Origin: an uncultured archaeon | GTDB taxonomy: Archaea > Iainarchaeota > Iainarchaeia > Iainarchaeales > DATDZZ01 | Assembly: GCA_964373795.1 (NCBI GenBank) | Contig: CAYJVY010000008.1 | Coordinates: 808 to 32,807 of the forward strand | Direction: 5' to 3' | Length of the DNA stretch: 32,000 bases | Part shown: positions 27,900 through 32,000 of the stretch, piece by piece | How positions within the stretch are numbered: the first letter of the stretch is position 1 | Layout: each line of letters begins with the position of its first letter | Position numbers and translations under genes: made by a program | Notes under the pieces: generated by a model | Told to the model about the DNA's origin: nothing | Databases searched by the model: none | What the model saw: only the letters and a program-made list of their open reading frames with translations

Positions 27900-28874
27900 T
27901 TGTATTCAGTGATTGTTTTGATTGGTGAATTAGTTTTTGACTCTAAGGGAAAGAGAATTGTTTTACAGTCTGATGTTCGTGAATCTGTAAAGGGTTTGAA
28001 GCCTTTGCTTAACGAGAATTGTTGGCAGATTTTGCGTCTTTTGGCTGTAAAGTCTTTGTATCCTGCTCAGATTGCTAAAGAACTTGACTTGCATGAGCAA
28101 AGAGTTTATTATTTTGTCAAACTTTTACGTAAAGCTGGATTAATTGAGGTTGAAAAGAGTGTGGAATTGAATGGTGCTTTGGCTAAATATTTTAAACCAA
28201 GTTTTGAAGCAATTTCTTTTGTTCTAGGCTCTGGAAATGCAAGGACTGCTAGAGTTGTTTCTTTGCAGCAGAAAAAAATGTCTTCAGATGTAGCTGAATT
28301 TTTTTCTCCGTTTATTTTAAATGGTAAACTGAATGCAAAAATTGTTGTAGGCAATCCTGATCCTCATGGAGAATTTAAGGCCCGCGCTAGAGATAATTAC
28401 TTAGCTGCTGATTTAACTGCTTTTCTTTCTTCTCTTTGCTCTGAAGTTAATTTGCCTTTAGTTTTTTTGGATACAAGTATTTCTTCAATTGAGCAGGAGA
28501 ATTCTAACTTGATTTTAATTGGAGGAATTGTTACTAACAAGCTTTCTCTTCAAATAAATCATTTGCTGCCAATAAAATTTGTTTCTCATGGAGGGCATTG
28601 GATTATTAGTTCAACTCTTTCTGGCAAGGATTTTGCTGAAGATTTTGTTGGCATAGTGCAAAAAATTCCTCATCCAAAGTTTAAGGATAAAAGCATTTTA
28701 GTTATTGCAGGTAATCGCGCACAAGGAACTAAGGCAGCTATTCTTTCTCTTGCAAAAAGCCTTCACTCTATTATCAAGCCTAATGCTTTTAATAAAAACT
28801 TTTTTGCTCATGTAGTTGAAGGCCTTGACTTGGATGCAGATGGAGAAATAGATGAAGTGGAATTAAAAGAGTAG
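27900..28874 (+). CDS. ArsR/TrmB-like winged-helix regulator fused to an uncharacterised ~220-aa C-terminal alpha/beta domain
   Basis: CWQILRLLAVKSLYPAQIAKELDLHEQRVYYFVKLLRKAGLIEVE is a clear wHTH. There is no in-frame ATG near the 5' end, so the start must be TTG 27900, GTG 27909 or TTG 27918. Confidence 0.65.
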   Translation: MYSVIVLIGELVFDSKGKRIVLQSDVRESVKGLKPLLNENCWQILRLLAVKSLYPAQIAKELDLHEQRVYYFVKLLRKAGLIEVEKSVELNGALAKYFKPSFEAISFVLGSGNARTARVVSLQQKKMSSDVAEFFSPFILNGKLNAKIVVGNPDPHGEFKARARDNYLAADLTAFLSSLCSEVNLPLVFLDTSISSIEQENSNLILIGGIVTNKLSLQINHLLPIKFVSHGGHWIISSTLSGKDFAEDFVGIVQKIPHPKFKDKSILVIAGNRAQGTKAAILSLAKSLHSIIKPNAFNKNFFAHVVEGLDLDADGEIDEVELKE

Positions 28875-28939
28875 ACTTTTATACTCTTTTAAACAAAATT
28901 TCATTAGAAGCTATAAGAATTTTTAATACTCTTGAAGCT

Positions 28940-29137
28940 TTGTTGAATAAAAAATTAGCTGATAATCTTGTTAGACAAAACATTGAAGACTTGTTTAAAT
29001 TATTTCCTTCTGCAAAAAAACAGTATTTAGCGCGCGTAAGGAATTCTGGAAAACCTTCATTGAGAACAAGGGTTAAAGAGTTTCCTGGAAAAGCTTTTAA
29101 TTTTTTAAAATCAAGGCTTTCCCTTAGAAGACCCTGA
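28940..29137 (+). CDS. hypothetical small basic ORF (weak)
   Basis: 65 aa with a TTG start, no SD and no recognisable motif. Confidence 0.2.
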   Translation: MLNKKLADNLVRQNIEDLFKLFPSAKKQYLARVRNSGKPSLRTRVKEFPGKAFNFLKSRLSLRRP

Positions 29138-29182
29138 TTTTTTTAAAACATTTAGGTTAAGCTAGGCGAAAATAAAAAAATA

Positions 29183-29201
29183 AAGGAAGTTTTTCTTCCT
29201 T
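29183..29201. terminator. hairpin AAGGAAG-TTTTT-CTTCCTT at the 3' end of the lipoprotein gene
   Basis: 7-bp stem flanked by A/T runs on both sides. It overlaps the stop codon at 29200-29202 and sits between convergent genes. Confidence 0.35.
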
Positions 29202-29553
29202 ATCCTAAAGCAATTTCTACATTTGTTGTTTGTCCTTCAGATATATTGAATTCATTTGAATTAACCTTGTTTGTTGTATTAGCATCGTATGCTACTGCAT
29301 AGTAAGTATCCGGATCTACTTCAAAAGTTGTTTCTCCAGAAGCATCTGTGAATTGATTAAATGTTTGTTGATTTGAAGTAACGCTAATAAGGTTGACTTC
29401 TACTCCTTCTAAAGGATTTCCTGAACTCGCATCTAGCACTTTTACAGTCGCTTCTCCTGTTCCAGGGCTGAGTACAGGAGGGCCAACACACCCTGCAACT
29501 AAAACTGCTATGATTAATATTCCTATTAATATTTTGAAATTCATTTTTTTCAC
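29200..29553 (-). CDS. small secreted lipoprotein with carboxypeptidase-regulatory-like (prealbumin-fold) domain
   Basis: Signal peptide ending in the lipobox-like LVAGC. VKVLDASSGNPLEGVEVNL...TDASGETTFEV..DTYY is typical of the CarboxypepD_reg fold. Confidence 0.65.
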   Translation of the reverse strand: MKKMNFKILIGILIIAVLVAGCVGPPVLSPGTGEATVKVLDASSGNPLEGVEVNLISVTSNQQTFNQFTDASGETTFEVDPDTYYAVAYDANTTNKVNSNEFNISEGQTTNVEIALG

Positions 29554-29693
29554 CTTCTATATTTTAATTACCATAAAATACATGAATTAGTATTATTTAA
29601 ATCTTTTATATTTGTTAGTTAAAACCTTCTGGTTTTTAAATTTATCTCATAATATTTAATTGATATTAATTTTACTTTTTGGAGGTAAGTTTA

Positions 29694-29819
29694 ATGCAAT
29701 TAGAAATGTTAAGATATAAATTCCAAGACGATGACGATTCAGATGAAGGGGACTGGGATGACTCTGATGAAGATGATGATGATTCAGACGACTCAGATGA
29801 AGGAGAACAAGACGAGTAA
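29694..29819 (+). CDS. 41-aa hyper-acidic micro-protein (MQLEMLRYKFQDDDDSDEGDWDDSDEDDDDSDDSDEGEQDE)
   Basis: Not in the ORF track because it is under 60 aa. ATG is preceded by GGAGGT at 7-nt spacing. 26 of the 31 C-terminal residues are Asp/Glu. Confidence 0.45.
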   Translation: MQLEMLRYKFQDDDDSDEGDWDDSDEDDDDSDDSDEGEQDE

Positions 29820-29992
29820 CTTTAATGCCTTTCCTATTTTTTTCATTTAAATTGCTAGGTTAAATCTATTTCTATTTTTTTATTCTTTTAATGATTTATT
29901 TTTACACTTCCTTTGTTTAATTTCTTGCAAACTTTCTTGCAGACGAGGAAAACTTATTTAAATCTTTCTTAGACTTAATTAATTATAATATT

Positions 29993-30079
29993 GGTAAAAA
30001 ACTTTTTTTACCGTTATCACCACTTTAACGATTTTTCGTTGCAAATTTCGTGAGCGATTTTTTGTCAACGAGTTTTCGT
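29993..30079 (+). promoter_or_regulatory. structured leader/promoter region upstream of the L1-P0-P1 operon
   Basis: Perfect hairpin GGTAAAAAA-CT-TTTTTTACC (29993-30012). Two ACGA-N4-TCGT palindromes at 30028-30039 and 30068-30079, with a degenerate copy at 30053-30065. Confidence 0.3.
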
Positions 30080-30118
30080 AAACCTTTTTTCTAAAAAGTT
30101 TTGTGGGAGGACTATAAA

Positions 30119-30790
30119 TTGAATAAGAATCAAGTATTGGATGCCCTTAAATTAATGCGTGAAAAATCTAAGGAACGGAAATTTAAGCAGTCAGTTGATT
30201 TGACTATTACTTTTCGTGGATTGGATTTTAAGAAACCTGATAGCGCTATTTCATTGGAACTGAATTTGCCTAACCCTGTTTCAGCTAGGAAAGGAGCTGC
30301 AAAAGCTTTGTTGTTTGTAAGGGATTCAGGTTTTGCTTTACAGGCAAAGGATTTGGTTGCAAGAATTATTAATGAAAACGAAATTCATGCCCTTAAAAAG
30401 AAAGATGCCGAGCAATTGGCTTCAGAGTTTGATGTTTTATTAGCTGAGGGGCCTGTAATGCTTACTGTTGCAAAGTATTTAGGACAAATTTTGGCTCCGA
30501 AAGGAAAAATGCCTCGCCCTGTTCAGACAAGCATTCCTCAATTAGAGTCAATGCTTAAAACCGGGCATTCTTTGACAAAGGTTTCAAACAAGAAGGGAAA
30601 AAATATTCCAATGATTCATGTAAAGGTTGGAACTCAAGAATCAAGTGATAATGAATTGGCTGAAAATGTTTTAACAGTGTATAATGCTGTTGAAGAAAAG
30701 CTTCCGGGGAAAAAGCAAAACGTTAGATCAATTTATTTAAAGTTTACAATGGGGCCACCGGTTAAGATTGGAGCAGGTGAAGCAAAATGA
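30119..30790 (+). CDS. rpl1: 50S ribosomal protein L1 (uL1)
   Basis: KFKQSVDLTITFRGLD and MPRP motifs. The likely start is TTG 30119, with the SD GGGAGG at 30105-30110. The ORF-track start at 30101 is also TTG but lies inside the SD region. Confidence 0.9.
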   Translation: MNKNQVLDALKLMREKSKERKFKQSVDLTITFRGLDFKKPDSAISLELNLPNPVSARKGAAKALLFVRDSGFALQAKDLVARIINENEIHALKKKDAEQLASEFDVLLAEGPVMLTVAKYLGQILAPKGKMPRPVQTSIPQLESMLKTGHSLTKVSNKKGKNIPMIHVKVGTQESSDNELAENVLTVYNAVEEKLPGKKQNVRSIYLKFTMGPPVKIGAGEAK

Positions 30791-31632
30791 CTAGACATGT
30801 TCGTGAATGGAAGGAAAAAGAATTTCAAACCATTAAGTCATTGGTTTCAGAATACCCTGTAATTGGAGTAGCTGATTTATCTTTGTTTCCTGCTTCGTTG
30901 TTTCAAAGTTTGAGAAAAAAATTGCATGGAAAAGCAGTTGTAAAGGTTTCAAAGACTAGAGTAATTAAAAAAGCTTTGCAGGAAACTGCTTTAAAGAATT
31001 CAAAGTTAGTTGACAATGTAAAGGGTTCTTGTGGATTGATTTTTACTAAAATGAATCCATTTGAATTATATTCTTTTATTAAAAAGAATAAAGGAGCTAG
31101 TGCTGCAAAGCCTGGAATGATTGCTCCTGAAGATATTCTTGTAACATCTCAGGATACTGGTATTCCGCCTGGCCCTGCTTTAACTGATTTAAAGAATGCT
31201 GGTTTAAAGGTTAGGCCTGGAGGGGCCTCAATTGTAATAACTGAAGATGCGGTTGTAACAAAAAAAGGGCAAACAGTGACTCCAGCAGTTGCATCTGCTT
31301 TGCTTAAATTAAATATTAAGCCAATCAAGATTGGATTAAATTTAACTGTTGCATTTGAAGAAAATCAATTGTTTTCAAAAAATGTTTTAGATATTGATGA
31401 AGAACAAGTCTTTAACAACTTTAAAACAGCTTACAGTAATGCATTTAATTTAGCGACAAGTATTGTTTTCATTTCAAAGGAAACTCTTCCATTGCTTATT
31501 GCAAAAGCATTTAATGAATCAAGAAATTTGGCTTTTGAAGCAAAAATTTTAACCAAAGAAACAACTGGTTTATTATTAGCCAAGGCTAGTGCTCAAGCAC
31601 TTGCATTACAGTCATTAATTAGTGAAAAATGA
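30787..31632 (+). CDS. rpl10: 50S ribosomal stalk protein L10 / P0 (uL10), short form
   Basis: The N-terminal region (WKEKEF..IKSLVSEYPVIGVADL...LRKKLHGKAVVKVSKTRVIKKAL) is typical of archaeal P0. ATGA overlap with L1. 281 aa with no acidic C-terminal tail. Confidence 0.9.
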   Translation: MTRHVREWKEKEFQTIKSLVSEYPVIGVADLSLFPASLFQSLRKKLHGKAVVKVSKTRVIKKALQETALKNSKLVDNVKGSCGLIFTKMNPFELYSFIKKNKGASAAKPGMIAPEDILVTSQDTGIPPGPALTDLKNAGLKVRPGGASIVITEDAVVTKKGQTVTPAVASALLKLNIKPIKIGLNLTVAFEENQLFSKNVLDIDEEQVFNNFKTAYSNAFNLATSIVFISKETLPLLIAKAFNESRNLAFEAKILTKETTGLLLAKASAQALALQSLISEK

Positions 31633-31658
31633 ATGAATTTTTATTGGAGGTATGAAAA

Positions 31659-31964
31659 ATGCAATATGTCTATAGCGCAATGTTGTTGCATTCCGCTGGA
31701 AAGCAGGTAACAGAGGATGCAGTAGTACATGTTTTAAAAGCAGCTGGAGTTGAAGTGGATTCAGCTAAAGTTAAAGCATTAGTTGCTTCATTAAAAGATG
31801 TAAACATTGATGAAGCAGTAAAAGCAGCAGCTTTTGCTCCTGTAGCAGCTCCTGCAGCAGCTGGACACGCAGCAACTGAACACAAGAAAGAAGAAAAGAA
31901 AGAAGAAGACAAAGGAAAATCAGAAGAAGCAGCAGCAGAAGGACTTGGAGCTTTATTCGGATAA
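31659..31964 (+). CDS. rpl12: 50S ribosomal stalk protein L12 / P1
   Basis: [16 protein letters not shown]-terminus, an Ala/Pro hinge, a [10 protein letters not shown] acidic-basic region and the conserved GLGALFG C-terminus. GGAGGT SD. Confidence 0.9.
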   Translation: MQYVYSAMLLHSAGKQVTEDAVVHVLKAAGVEVDSAKVKALVASLKDVNIDEAVKAAAFAPVAAPAAAGHAATEHKKEEKKEEDKGKSEEAAAEGLGALFG

Positions 31965-31990
31965 AAAATCCGAATACTTTCTTTTTTATT
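31954..31990 (+). terminator. hairpin plus T-tract terminator after rpl12
   Basis: TATTCGGAT-AAAAA-ATCCGAATA is a 9-bp perfect stem overlapping the stop codon. It is followed by CTTTCTTTTTTATTT. Confidence 0.5.
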
Positions 31991-32000
31991 TAATTACTCA

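Noticed and set aside
28940-29137. 65-aa basic ORF as a real gene
   Set aside because: It is kept only as a low-confidence feature. It has a TTG start, no SD and no motif, and it may be non-coding spacer between convergent genes.
29621-29636. Hairpin AAAACC-TTCT-GGTTTT upstream of the lipoprotein gene
   Set aside because: It is a 6-bp A/T-dominated stem in AT-rich intergenic DNA, which is expected by chance.
31670-31912. 80-aa minus-strand ORF
   Set aside because: It is antisense to rpl12. The Ala-rich translation mirrors the P1 hinge.

Overview
The window is visibly AT-rich and very compact, with gene gaps of 0-10 nt, many 1-4 nt overlaps and GGTGA/GGAGG-type ribosome-binding sites. By gene content it is archaeal: Spt5, SecE/Sec61-gamma, ribosomal stalk proteins P0/P1, DUF655+KsgA, AMP phosphorylase, and an ftsZ-secE-spt5-L11 block. 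The small-genome style suggests a DPANN-like lineage, but that is inference only. Four blocks stand out. (1) 50-5361 holds DUF655, KsgA, a coiled-coil ORF, a membrane protein, AMP phosphorylase and pyrF. (2) 6516-13859 is a minus-strand pyrimidine cluster, pyrB-pyrI-[GT2]-pyrD-[CheY-like receiver]-pyrK-[GNAT-like]-pyrC-[5S rRNA]-pyrE. Three non-pyr genes and a lone 5S rRNA gene are wedged into it. (3) 13907-15301 is an AbiEi/AbiEii type IV toxin-antitoxin pair, followed by a ribose-1,5-bisphosphate-isomerase-like gene and then ftsZ-secE-spt5-L11. (4) About 11 kb separates L11 from L1-P0-P1. It contains a VapBC-like pair with a truncated PIN toxin and a minus-strand UDP-GlcNAc operon (glmS-HAD-glmM-...-IMPase-glmU-like). 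It also contains a wHTH regulator, a small lipoprotein and a 41-aa hyper-acidic micro-ORF. The most unusual element sits inside the glm operon. It is a tandem array of four paralogous genes of unrecognised family, one of them internally deleted. They share an NVLVHPLY start motif, an ETRF-x-[LV]FGE[HY]-x3-CV motif and Arg/Lys-rich tails. I saw no CRISPR array, transposase, integrase or tRNA.
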